A DNA stretch of 52,993 bases, filler included, from Squatina squatina (lineage: Eukaryota): the NCBI GenBank assembly GCA_031763465.1. It is 3 parts of 3 records of this genome, joined end to end, with 100 filler letters (N's around TTAATTAATTAA, not from the genome) between each part and the next. Parts side by side here need not be neighbours in the genome. Positions count along the whole stretch, not along the records: positions 1 to 15,856 come from JARFOE010000004.1; 2 more parts are not named here. One strand, written 5' to 3'. The position numbers and the translations under genes are program-made. Of the stretch, positions 1 through 12,369 are shown piece by piece (the stretch's first letter is position 1; every line of letters starts with the position of its first letter). The notes under the pieces are model-generated. The model saw only the letters and a list, made by a program, of their open reading frames with translations, was not told the DNA's origin and searched no databases.

Positions 1-219
1 GCGTTAATCTCCTCTTTAACCAGCAACGCTACCCCAACCAATGCATCCACTTTTTTTCGGGTTGAAGGGGTATCATAAAATGAGGAGAGAGGTAGAGAGG
101 TGGAGAAGTTGATGGAGGGAATTCCAGAGCTTAGGGCCAAGACAGCTGAAGGCATGGGAAATCAGGGATTCAGAAGAGACCAGGATTGGAGGGACGCAGG
201 GATCTTGGAGGGTTGTCGG

Positions 220-336
220 TAACGTTCCCCCTAATTTTTTTTCCACAGTTTTGCGCACGCGTGAAATTTAACATTGAAAAAGTTGGTCCCAGGCTGTGTG
301 GGACTGGCTGAGAGCTGCGCTATGGAGGGAGCATTG
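220..336. mobile_element. Non-autonomous hAT-like (Tip100-type termini) MITE, copy A
   Basis: Imperfect terminal inverted repeats taacgttcccccta...tggagggagcattg. Flanked by the 8-bp direct repeats gttgtcgg (212-219) and gctgtagg (337-344). Confidence 0.6.
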
Positions 337-344
337 GCTGTAGG

Positions 345-489
345 CAATGTTCCCATTAAGCTGCGCGGCCACGCAGCTCTCCCGGCCTCCCGCGGAACCA
401 GCTCGCCAGCTTTTCAACACGAAGAACCGCGCAATGCTCGGTACTTTGAAAGGGGTCGCGAACCCAAAAACAAATTAACGGGAGCATTG
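345..489. mobile_element. Non-autonomous hAT-like MITE, copy B, inverted relative to copy A
   Basis: Termini caatgttcccattaa...ttaacgggagcattg. Flanked by gctgtagg (337-344) and gttgtagg (490-497). Internal sequence is the reverse-complement homologue of copy A (ttgaaaag.tgg...gagagctgcg). Confidence 0.65.
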
Positions 490-1374
490 GTTGTAGGGGC
501 TGGAGGAAATTACAGAGATGGGACGGGGGCGGGGGGGTGGTGCGGGTGGTGAGGTCATGCTGGGATTCGGACACATTGGAGCTGAATGTGCGGTTGGGGC
601 CTTGTTGAGGACGCAGGCCTCCGGCCGCTGAGATCACCCACTTCTGCTGGAAAAGAGCTTTTCAGGGCGGAGATATTTCCTCAACTCTTGCTTTAATTTT
701 TTACCCATGGTAAAAGCAAGCGTACCGGCTTGGTTTTACCAGCGTAAGAGTTTAAAAAAATGTAAAAATCAAATAAATTAATGGTACATTACTTAAAAAC
801 CATTCCCATTATGGTAAGTATGTTTTTAAACATTTTAAAAGATTTCTTTAAAAACTGTGAGAATATGTTTTTTGTATTATTTATCCCATTTTTATTAAAT
901 GTTAACGTTACAATCATTTTTATAAATTTTTTGAGATACTTGTGCAGTTTAGTATCTCCCATTCATACTTTTACAAATCTGCTATTTCTGGAACAGATCT
1001 GTTAAAGCTTGAATGGGAGATACTCCTACCTGATAGGTTGGGGCCTCCCAGGTGACCTCTCCAGTCTCTCCAAAGCACTTAGACAGGAGAGAGGAGAGCT
1101 GCTCTGTGCATGCCCAACTGTGGAGGCAGAAGACAGCAACTTTATGTGGCTCCCAGACCCTCAGGTAAGTTCGTAGAGATACTTGTGATCGGAGGCACCC
1201 GCATGCAGGAAGCCTCCGATCGCAATATTTCATAGACACCGAGACTGGCCGGATGGGTCACAATTGATATTTCCAGTCCTGTAGATTGCTGTGTTCTTTT
1301 CATGAATGAGAAAATGCCTATTTCCCGTTGCTAGGTTATTGATGTGTTTGGCAGTATTTGAATCAGTCAGTGGA

Positions 1375-1437
1375 GAGCCATGATCTAATTGAATAGTGGA
1401 ACGAGCTCAAGAGGCTGAATGGCTTACTCCTGTTCCT
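1375..1437 (+). mobile_element. CR1 LINE 3' tail remnant
   Basis: agccatgatctaattgaatagtggaacgagctcaagaggctgaatggcttactcctgttcct is the same tail found at 29915-30008, and on the minus strand at 31055 and 41488. Confidence 0.55.
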
Positions 1438-2374
1438 GAGAGGAGAGTTGTAATTCCCATTGCCGTAGTGAAGATGTGATGCAGGCAGACCTAGACATAA
1501 AAACACACTACATGCAGCTATGGAATTGTCACTTTATTAGTGTAAACTGCTGCTTTACTAGAATTGCCATTCATGATCACAATATCCAGAAATTTTAATT
1601 AATGTGTTCACATTTGGTCTGTTTTTTTTTACATATTGCATAGATGCAAACACCATAATAATATGGGTAATGGCGGTTATCGAACAAATTATACCATCCA
1701 TAGTCTTTGGTATTTTAATGACCTTATCGGGGTAAATTTCCCAATTGCACAATTCTAATGTCATTAAATGTATTATATTTTTCACATTATGGAGCAAAAT
1801 TATGGGGCTGTAGTCCTGCTGGGACTATGAAAATGTTGATTGTGGAATGCAACTAAGCTTGAATAATTTGGACTAATAATGAATTTTCCACTCAATTGCT
1901 TTCCAGCATTAGGGAAACATTTTACTGTTTCCTCTTTTTGAAACTGTTACTGATGACTATTTCTTTCAGTAGGTTAAATAAATTCGCGAGAATGGTTGAC
2001 ACTGTAAATTGTACAACAACTTTAAGGAGGAGTGGGCTACATCAGTCAAGTGGTCCTTTTATTTCCTCTCCATCCATTCATAGGTTTTTATATTTGTATG
2101 TGGAGGAAGTGGATCCATGAAGTTGAAGTGAGGTTGAATGTGAAGAAAACTTTGACAGCAAATGGACAATCGAATGCAGAAGTCTACACACTAGAAAATT
2201 AAACTGGCTACAATAATTCAAGGCAATATTAAAATTCTTGATTATGTAAGAGTGGAGCAGTACAGTTCAATTCTCAGATGATCAAATCAATGCAAAAGCT
2301 AAAGAACCCAACAGAAGACAAACATATAAGCATGCATTTTCTTGCCGAAAGCTGCTTGTTTCCTGGAGACAGTA

Positions 2375-2619
2375 TTGGGGCAGATGATGCTGGAGCTGTG
2401 ACTGGAGTCACTGTGATGCATCTGTGAGGCTGAGGTCTTCGTGGATAGCCCGTTTAGCGAGGTGGTCACACCGCAGCTTAAGAGTGGGCAGGCAGAAAGG
2501 GAATGGGTGATTGCCAGGCAGACTAAGAGAACCAGGCAAGTAGTGCAGGAGTCTCGTGAGTCCATCTCGCTAAGTAACAGATTTTCCGTTTTGGATACTG
2601 TTGAGGAAGATGGTTCTTC
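2375..2619 (+). mobile_element. CR1 LINE ORF1 fragment
   Basis: Translation EWVIARQTKRTRQVVQESRESISLSNRFSVLDTV contains the LSNRFSxL motif characteristic of CR1 ORF1. Confidence 0.6.
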
Positions 2620-3473
2620 NNNNNNNNNNNNNNNNNNNNNNNNNNNNNNNNNNNNNNNNNNNNNNNNNNNNNNNNNNNNNNNNNNNNNNNNNNNNNNNNN
2701 NNNNNNNNNNNNNNNNNNNAAATCTGGCCCAATTATGTTTCAGCAGTAAGTGCTCCGCCAACTGCTAAGATCTCTGGATGTAATTACCGGTTCTGTGGGC
2801 ATTAAGAGTAGTTGAGTGGTAATTATGCATAGTTACCACCCAACCATCGTAAAATCATTTGTAACTTTTTATAGTCATTTCTTTCCAACAGTAAACTAAG
2901 ACTGCAAATCAAAAATATTTTATGAAGCATTTTTTTTCTTTTTAAGTGTATAATTTTGCGCACATCAAGAAAAAATTTGTTGGTGTCTGTGAATGTAATA
3001 TTTATCCATTTTGGACTCTGCTGTTGAGTTTCTTTGTGCACTTACATGAGAAATTTCCACAGGGTTCCCCCCAATCAGAAGCTCCATTTACGTCTGCTTT
3101 CCAATAAAGTTACGGCGGCCAATTCGAAAAACCCTTGAGGAAATTCTGGGTGTTCAGTGTGCACTTAGGGCAATTAATTCGAGAAATATCTGTCGAAGGT
3201 GAACCATTTACAAACATGTGAATGTTACAGTTTCCAATCAACAGCTCATTCTCCGTAATGTGCTGCAATAATAGTTGATATCACTGCAGTCCACCATGGA
3301 AGGAACAGCAACCAAAAAGTGTCATGATGGTGACATGAAAACTAAACAATATAAGGGTATAATTTAAATGCTCNNNNNNNNNNNNNNNNNNNNNNNNNNN
3401 NNNNNNNNNNNNNNNNNNNNNNNNNNNNNNNNNNNNNNNNNNNNNNNNNNNNNNNNNNNNNNNNNNNNNNNNN

Positions 3474-4220
3474 GGCCTCTGCCTCCGCCCTCTAGGAGGA
3501 GGCTGCAATGGCCTGGGCTGTGCCACCAGTGGTGCAGCTGGCTCTGGGAGATCAGGTGGTTGTTGTGGTTGGTCTGGTTGAGGAGCTGCTGCTTCCTCAG
3601 TCTTCGCCTCATTTGCCTGTGCCCTCATGGCTCTCTGTCTGTTTCTAAGATGTCTTCTGTGTCTGAGGTAGCACATGTGATGTCGGATGAGTAGCCATTC
3701 AACCACTAGTGCGGCACCCATGGCAACTGGGGCCAATATCTGAAAGATGGCCAAAACACAGGACAAACCAAAGAGAAGACAGCAGTGTCTCAGAGTGAGG
3801 CCAAAAAGTGAAAAGTCACGTGATTTGAGCGAGATGGAGCTGGGAGACAAAGTGAGAATGTAGCCCAGTCCCAGTGCTTTCATTAGCGCTTAAAATTCTT
3901 AGATGAGGCTTGTCAATGCCCACAAAATGGGGTCTTATGACAGCTAGTTTTAAGGCTTAGCAGCCTTATCGAATTCTACAGCAGGCGGCCATTTTAGGCT
4001 TTGCGCCCACTGATGATGTCATCAAGTCACTCTAACTCTGAACTTTGCGTTTTGAGCCTTAAGGGGTTAGCGCCCATTTAGCGCTGGTGTTCAGTGGGGC
4101 CGAATTTTGCAATGCTAAATTTAACGCCCAAAATCGGCGGTAAGCCCATAACGCCCATTTTGCGCCAGTTTAACACCGGAAAAAAAGGACGAATTGGGAC
4201 GAAATGAGCCTGGAAATTAC
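3474..4220 (-). mobile_element. Probable PIF/Harbinger-type DNA transposon fragment (5' end and Pro/Arg-rich ORF start)
   Basis: CpG-rich subterminal region with repeated aacgccca/gcgccca motifs. The minus-strand ORF MGAALVVEWLL...RHRRHLRNRQR...PQPDQPQQPP...RGRRQR resembles the N-terminus of shark Harbinger transposases. The catalytic domain is not visible because of the gap. Confidence 0.35.
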
Positions 4221-6629
4221 TGTGATCAATGTCATCATCCAAACACTCAGCACATTTGTATCAAATTCCTTTCTGTGCTGTAGTGGAGATTGGACTATGA
4301 CAGTGATGTTTAAAGATGTAAGCATTGAGAAGATACATATCAGAGGCATAGTTATAAAAACTGCTAAGCAAATAAGCAGAGATAATGAACGTGTACTATC
4401 AGTTACACCAAGCATATGCAATATGCATGGCATACAAATCATTTCTGCAAATCAATTTCTGGAGCTCCAGCAGCAGTTCTTGTTCTTCAAAAGTAAAGTT
4501 AAAAAAGAGAGTTAAATGCACATTTTATCAGTGTTATTTTTTCAGTTATGAAATCTGATAATCCAGTGGTCTAGTGAAATTCACTTTATCAGACCTTTGG
4601 CATCTCTACGTAATGCTTCAGTTCGTAGAAAAGACGAAAGTATGAAGCCTCATTATTTATGCTTCATTCACTTTAATTTCAGAACAGGCCTTGTGGTTTG
4701 TTCTTTGTAATAAAAGNNNNNNNNNNNNNNNNNNNNNNNNNNNNNNNNNNNNNNNNNNNNNNNNNNNNNNNNNNNNNNNNNNNNNNNNNNNNNNNNNNNN
4801 NNNNNNNNNNNNNNNNACAGTATCTAAACACTCTGGACCTACAAAGAGAGAATATGCACACTATGTCAGGCAAACATGAACTCTACAGCTATGGATTACT
4901 CAGTAGCTTGTTTTAGAGACTCTTAAACATGACGATGGGGCTTCCCTGTGTGTCAATTACACAAAAATAAACTTCAACACGGACCATAGAATCACCCAGA
5001 GTCTTTCCTTATCTAAATGACACACTGATGCTCCATGCATTACAATTCCCAAAGAATAGCCTCTTGGGTGAGCTATTTATTGGAAGCCTTCCACTACTTG
5101 TGGAACCTTACTTCACAATAAACCACCTTTCTTCAGAAAAGGAGTAGCAGGGAGGAGAGTTAGAGGAAAATNNNNNNNNNNACTCTTGAAATTCAACTTC
5201 TCTGTAATTTTAACTCATTAATTTATTCTCCCTTTTAGGTGAGTGATTTTTACTTTTGGTCATTGGGTTGGAACAAAATCCTGTGCAAGTCTCGAGGTAA
5301 TTGTGCAGTACTTCTCGTTTCTGGATTCATGGCTGTTGCATACAACCTGGCTAAAACAACAAAAACGCACGCAAGAAAATAGGAATGCAAAAAAGGTTAT
5401 TTAGTTAGTCTTGAATATCTCATGTCTGATCATGTACGATTATGGATTTTAGTTTGGATCCATACAGACTGGTTTCATGTCCATGCTGCATGAGGACATT
5501 CACATATGAAGATTAATGAACAGTGAATGTGAGTGATTTTAAGGCAGTAATCTAATCAGCGGCTCCAGGTGCTATCATTGGCACAAGAGCAAAATGTAAG
5601 CATTTTATATCTATCATGTGAACCCCATGGTTTAACTAGAGCTTAAACCATTCATTTATGTCTGTTTTTGTTTATGGTATTCACTGTTTCAATTTGATGT
5701 GGAATTTTATTTTGTTGTCATGCTGCCGTGTGAGTGCCAGCTGGTGGAACAGTCCTGTCCAAGAGTCAGGAAGACAGTCAAGCAAGAGGATTAACGACTA
5801 TGATGCAATTGCTATAGATTTACCGAGAAGTAAGCTGCAATTACCAGGAAATTCTACACCCACATGGTATGACACATGAAAAAATTAGTAATATTTGTGA
5901 CAATCAGATCAAATGTAGTTGTGTAGCCACTGCACATGAATAAATTTTGTTTATTAGCTAAACTACGCAGTATGCCAAAGGTTCAGTCATTGCTGAAGTT
6001 TATTCTGAAGAATGGATCGCTGCTGCCACCTTAGGGGCAAAACAATGTTTTGCATGAATTTCAGATTCACTGAATGATTATTTGTGTTAGGTTATTTTTA
6101 ACTTAATTTAAAAACATGTATTTTATATATATATTAAAATGGCCAATTTAATGAACTGAAGTCTATTAGCATGAAAAGGAATTGATTAAATGCTAATGGT
6201 GAATTGATTTATATCAGTTCAGAATATGAAACCTATTTATTTTCTAGTGCTAAAATTTAAATGGAATGTTTGAATTTTCTGTTGCTGATNNNNNNNNNNN
6301 NNNNNNNNNNNNNNNNNNNNNNNNNNNNNNNNNNNNNNNNNNNNNNNNNNNNNNNNNNNNNNNNNNNNNNNNNNNNNNNNNNNNNNNNNGATCAAAACCC
6401 TCTGCTAGTTCCAGTTAAAAAACTTATGCCACAGGTTCTCCTTCTGAACTGTACATTGCTGCCTAGGCATTTTGTTCAACGTCAGATAACAATATCAAAA
6501 TAAGTGTTGGAAGGGGATGCTATCAGTGCAGGTCCTCACTCAATAAATTAGGACTCTAAAGGCAGATATTGTAAACTGCTGGTCAGAAGCATTATCCCTT
6601 TGGTCATGAGGCTAATTCGCAGTGTCAGG

Positions 6630-6990
6630 TGAATGAGAAAAGTTCAGAAAAAATTTCAGCTTGGAAATGAGCCATCAGAAAGGTGATCTTATATAGATCT
6701 TATAAGATTGTTAAGAAAAATTTAACCTGGAGTATTACATTAAATGAACTGCCGGACTACAACTAGGGAACACGGGTGCATACTGGAGAAAGATAATACT
6801 TTTCCGACAGATATAGGGAAATCCTACTTAAAATCAAAAAGTGATCAACACGTGGAATGAGCTTCCAGATAAAGTCATGGAAGCAAAACCTTGGAATCAT
6901 TTAACAAACAGTTGGATGCTGCAATGGGCGGGAGGGTTTCCGTTCTCGCCGGATGGATGAATCAAACAGGCCCAATGCCTTCCTCATCGG
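6630..6990 (+). mobile_element. Old CR1 LINE 3' end
   Basis: Degenerate RGDLI...WNxLP-type coding remnant (ggtgatcttata; tggaatgagcttcca), followed by a CR1-like 3' UTR (ggatggatgaatc...ggcccaatgccttcctcatc). Confidence 0.55.
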
Positions 6991-7856
6991 TAATGATGTC
7001 ATCTTGTAAATCAGATCTATCCTTGGATGAGCTGGACTTGCTGAATGGACAGCACTGATCCCCCTATATACATCCTGATGCCATTGTCACTTGTACCTTG
7101 GACTTAGTCTTGATCTCAGTTTTATATCTTATCCCTGCTTGATCATGCCCTGACCTGATTTTAACTTCTTCAGCAGCTCCATGGAAAAGGATAAGTCTTA
7201 CTGTTTCCTATCAGCTCCCCTTCTCTTAGTTCAATTCCATGTATTGACTGCCTTGTCTTGACTGTCCATTGCACTGGGCAACTAATAGATCATATTACAG
7301 AACGCACATTATAAGTCTCCAGCATGTCAGAGTATGTGAGACCACTGCTATATTCCGATCCTCGGGGCTTCCAAGGATATAGCAGGGTAGGAATATGACG
7401 TAAAGAGAATTCACTATGTGTCACAATTTATCATAACCCTCAATGCACCAGGAACCCCTTTCAACATATATGTTTCTGGATAAAGGTGCAGAGAAATCTA
7501 GTACACATTGAAAATGCATCTGCTGCAGTTTCAAAACGCAAGTTAACGCCCCCAACAGCTGGATTAACTCAACTGACGTCTATGAAATGACAGTAAATGC
7601 GATAGTAGAGCAGCTTTTAAAAAAACATGCCAACGATACACGAAACCCGCTCTGTTAATGAAGCTTCTAAATTATTTAGGGATTCCTAACAACAAACTGG
7701 ATGAACTGCAGTGACTTGTAGTGAGGGGCGGAGACGCTGGGCAGCAGGTTCTCAGTGACTGCTCACGGCTGTGTGTAACTGACCGAGAAAGGCGAGTCAG
7801 AGTGCAGCAGTACTTACTCCGGGAGCAACACTAACTCTGGCTGGACTCGGGTCAGC

Positions 7857-7935
7857 ATGGCTCTCATAGTCCACCTGAAAACCGTCACCGATCTCCGGGG
7901 CAAAGGCGACAGGATCGCCAAAGTAGCCTTTCGAG
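7857..7935 (+). CDS. OTOF: Otoferlin first coding exon (C2A start), [26 protein letters not shown](G)
   Basis: ATG in good context (agcATGg), 79 nt, GT donor at 7936. Near-identical to the human OTOF N-terminus [27 protein letters not shown]. Confidence 0.95.
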
Positions 7936-8633
7936 GTAAATGGAGAGACATTTTTGTAACTCTAATACGCAGAGTGCATGTACGCATGGATGCAGTGGTG
8001 TGTTTTTAATGCGATGCCAGATAATAAGAGGTGGCATAGATCAAGGTGCCCATGTGTCAAGTAACAGCTTAGCCAGGCGGAGTGTATTGACTGCGATATA
8101 TCGTGATGAAATCTATCCAATTTTGGCACCAAAGTAAGTTGTGATGCCCGGAGAGCTGGCGTTGCGATTGTAGACTCGAGCTCCCGGTATTGAAGTCGGT
8201 CTAAACTGCGGTGCCAAGCCGAGTTAGCTGGTTATATGGGGTATTATGGTAGTTCATCTATTTNNNNNNNNNNNNNNNNNNNNNNNNNNNNNNNNNNNNN
8301 NNNNNNNNNNNNNNNNNNNNNNNNNNNNNNNNNNNNNNNNNNNNNNNNNNNNNNNNNNNNNNNTGACGCATGTACAGAACATAAACTAGGACTCCGGAAC
8401 CTTGAGTTTTGTCACACATTATTTCACTGAGAACATGTCAACCCAAATTTGCTTAAGTACTCAGAATTCATTAGTTAAACTGACAAGGCCCAATCAAAAG
8501 TCACTTTGGGTGATTTCGGCAGATTAATGTTCATTTTAAATTGTAACTATAATTGAATTTAGTTTGTAAAATGTCATTTAATTCTGTTCCAGTTGTCTTT
8601 CTTGACTGACTTGTTTTTTTATGAAATTTCAAG

Positions 8634-8692
8634 GGCTCTCATTTTATACAAGAGTTCTAGAAAACTGTGAAGATGAGGCACAATTTGATGAG
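8634..8692 (+). CDS. OTOF: Otoferlin coding exon 2, (G)[19 protein letters not shown]
   Basis: AG acceptor at 8632-8633, GTAAGA donor at 8693, 59 nt, phase-compatible with exon 1. Matches human [20 protein letters not shown]. Confidence 0.95.
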
Positions 8693-9474
8693 GTAAGAAT
8701 ATTTTGCCTGTCTTGTTAATTTTTCATTATTCAAACTGCATTGAAGTTAGAAAATTGCATGTTCTGGCTGACACTGGATTCATATGCACTCACTGGTTCA
8801 ATTCCTTAATCTGTTTGCATTTGAGTTTCAAATAATTTTAATCATAGATCATCTGAATTTACCATATTTTTTATGAGAATAAATTGTATCACTGAAACAA
8901 CAACATAAATGATCCTGGAGTACTTCTTTATTACACAAAACTCATTCAAGTGTTTCTGTGTAATTCTATTGCTGAATAGAACTGTTGTACCCTCTGGAGC
9001 TATTGTTCAATTACGTAGACTCGGAAAGGTTTCACAGTAGTGGCTGTTGATGATAACTTTGCTGAGTTCTGTTATGCATTGTGTGATGGTAATTGAGATT
9101 AAACAATCACAAAGTACCTAGAAAGACCATATTTAAATCTGGAGGAAGAACTTGCTTGAGCGTAGGGTGTATTGTATTCTGGCAGCTATCAAACCAATAT
9201 AATTTTATATTAAACTCTTAAAATATCAAAATTCATTGCCTAATTACAAATGATCATTGATATAGTAAAGTTTGATTTTTTGAAAATGTTAACCATTCAT
9301 AGATACCTTCCCTCCCTCGCCTGCNNNNNNNNNNNNNNNNNNNNNNNNNNNNNNNNNNNNNNNNNNNNNNNNNNNNNNNNNNNNNNNNNNNNNNNNNNNN
9401 NNNNNNNNNNNNNNNNNNNNNNNNCAGCCCACCACCACCACCACCCACCGCACGCCCCATTTAACATCTCACCT

Positions 9475-9595
9475 AAAGGGCAGCACCATCCAGCACTGCA
9501 CATCAAGGGTATGTTTTCAAGTCTGGCAAGTGGGACTTAAACCCCCAACCTTCTGTCTCAGTAAGTAAGAGTGCTACCACTGAGCCAAAGCGAAC
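9475..9595 (-). mobile_element. tRNA-derived SINE head fragment
   Basis: Reverse complement gives tggctcagtggtagcactctt...gaaggttgggggtttaagtcccact (A box and B box), the same family as 50592-50680. Confidence 0.6.
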
Positions 9596-11788
9596 GCTTA
9601 CAGTATATGGAAATTGTCAACAATATATATGAATAGGGACACGTTGAAGCATTTTGAGATGCTGTTCAGGTGGCGAGTTTGTGCTTCACTACTAGAGACA
9701 ACTAATAGCATCAGTGCTGATGGCCGTGCCAATAACATTTCAAGCCACTTCATCCCGAAAGTTAACAGTTCCTCAGAAAATATGACAATTGATACAGTTA
9801 ACTGTCAAAATGTTTCTGTTCACAAAGAAGGTGATAAGATTTTTGCTGAGGTAGAACTGGGGGAAAAGAGAGAACAGTTGCTTTCTATTTATGTAGTAAG
9901 GCACTGAGTTTATTTGCAGACTCGGAACTTAACTCGTAGAGAAATGATATATTTTAAAGGGGCATCAGCTTATGAAAAGTGTTTGAAAAACCTTTTCTTG
10001 TTTATTTACAAATATATGAAGTAATGTTAATGGTATTGAAATACATCATCATGTCACTTGCACATGATGTCATAGCATTTTTTGAGCATCTCTTTAAAAA
10101 AACAGAAAGTAGGTTTTCCAGATACTTTAAATGAAGCCATTGCCCTTTTATTTATATTTATAGGATAAAGTGCAGATATGCCAGTGTATGCAGAGGTTTT
10201 AGCTGTATGATGGTTGATGTGTGATTAGTTAACTCTGGCATCTCTACACTGTGTGGCTTTATTGTAAATGACATCTAGAACTAGAATTTATAGCATTACT
10301 TTCTGTAGGACGTTCATTTTATTTTATATTGATTATTTGTCATAGTTGCTTTGGAATTTTTTTTGCTGTGTAAACATGCCATGGTCGTCATGGACACATA
10401 ATTGATGTGATTGATTTTGTGATTGCAGAAGTAAGGGTAACAAAGACACAAGGCCAAGCATTATACCATTCAGGTACTGTGCTGCATCTCTGAAACCATA
10501 ACAAAGATCCATACGGAGCTCAATATGATATCTTTGAGCTGCTTTAAAACAAACCTGATATNNNNNNNNNNNNNNNNNNNNNNNNNNNNNNNNNNNNNNN
10601 NNNNNNNNNNNNNNNNNNNNNNNNNNNNNNNNNNNNNNNNNNNNNNNNNNNNNNNNNNNNNAACATCCCACCCAACCCAAACCCACCCATTTTTGGGGGT
10701 TAAAAGTCCCCCCAACATTTTATACATCTCACTAAATATTTTAATATTTTGTCTTGGAAATGTTGACTCCCCTATTTCTGAAATCAAAACCTCCTGCATG
10801 AACATGATAGAAGATTAAAAAAAAATACATACTTAGTAAAAACATAGAACAAAATTATGTAGCACCACATTACAGAATTCATAAAGAAATAAGAAAGAAT
10901 GGGGAAAATGAGCAGATAAAAGACAAAAAGGAATTATGTGACTGGCATTTTTAATATCTAATTATGTATTAAGAAAATAACATGCAGAAATTTTAAATTT
11001 CGATAATGAATAATAGACAGAAATGGTAGGAAGTTATACAGAGGAAAGTGATTTTGGAAATTTTTGAATTGTATTTCATGGATGATTATAGCTGTAAGGT
11101 TGTGTGTGTCACTGCTGCCCTTGAAACGTAGGATGGTGCCAGTGTGAATGAATGATCTAAGCATTCTTTTCAGAGTCTCAGGTTCTCTCCATCTTATGCA
11201 ACATTCAACAGATGCCCTCTCACAGCAGTACAGTCTTTTGCTTCTGTCCCAATTAAAGGTTTTTTTTGTCACATTTCCCATTTGTTGCTTTCCCTGTTCT
11301 TTTTGAGTGCCATCAATATCACCACCAAGATGGGTTTGCAAAATAATAAGGGGAGCAATATATTCTGAGGAAGTTCTTTTTTTAATTTTTGCTCGTTCCA
11401 ATGTGGGGAATTTTGACGGGTGAAAGAAATTCAAACTGAAGAAACAAGAGTTTTATANNNNNNNNNNNNNNNNNNNNNNNNNNNNNNNNNNNNNNNNNNN
11501 NNNNNNNNNNNNNNNNNNNNNNNNNNNNNNNNNNNNNNNNNNNNNNNNNNNNNNNNNATGTAGGTCAGCGAGCATAGGGGAGATAGGTGCGCAGGACTTG
11601 GTGCGGGTTAGGACAAGGGCGGCAGAGTTTTGGAGTTGAGGGGAGAACTCATGTCATTCTTGCTGTTCTTAAGTGTTAATCACATTACAGTTAATTATCA
11701 TTCCTCATAATCATAATGCTAATCAGTTTTGCTGTTTAACCCTAATAACTCTGTCTCAGTTATAACTAGTCTTTTATTCTTTTGCTAG

Positions 11789-11928
11789 GGAAAGACCTCT
11801 GTCCAAAAAAACACTTATGAACCAACATCGAATTAAAATCCAGATTCGTGATTCAGACAAAGTAAACGAAGTTGCTATAGGAACCCATTTTGTCAACCTG
11901 AGAAAGATCGCAAATGATGGAGACAAAG
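11789..11928 (+). CDS. OTOF: Otoferlin C2C-domain exon with an apparent ~47-nt deletion and frameshift
   Basis: AG acceptor at 11787-11788 and GT donor at 11929. The 5' part reads [12 protein letters not shown] and then hits TAA at 11834-11836. The 3' part, [33 protein letters not shown](G), is in another frame. Confidence 0.9.
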
Positions 11929-12000
11929 GTAGGCTAGTGCCTTACATCTGTCAGTTTTTCCTGATTGTCCAACAGCAGGATCTAAAGGCATATCTTATAG

Positions 12001-12369
<369 letters not shown>

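Larger units (their letters stand above)
73..535 (-). mobile_element. L2-type LINE 3' fragment, interrupted by two MITEs at 220-489
   Basis: The minus-strand translation AFSCLGPKLWNSL matches the typical L2 C-terminal motif AFSxxxPxLWNSLP. The sequence reads through seamlessly (gatcttggagg-gttgtagg-ggctggagg) once 220-497 is removed. Outer boundaries are approximate. Confidence 0.6.

Noticed and set aside
4440-4490. Possible minus-strand terminal exon (TRTAAGAPEIDLQK-stop) after a pyrimidine tract
   Set aside because: Too short, not recognised, and no partner exon found.
10958-11434. 158-aa gap-free minus-strand ORF inside the OTOF span
   Set aside because: Non-ATG start, no recognisable domain and no splice signals. 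Likely a chance ORF in intron sequence.
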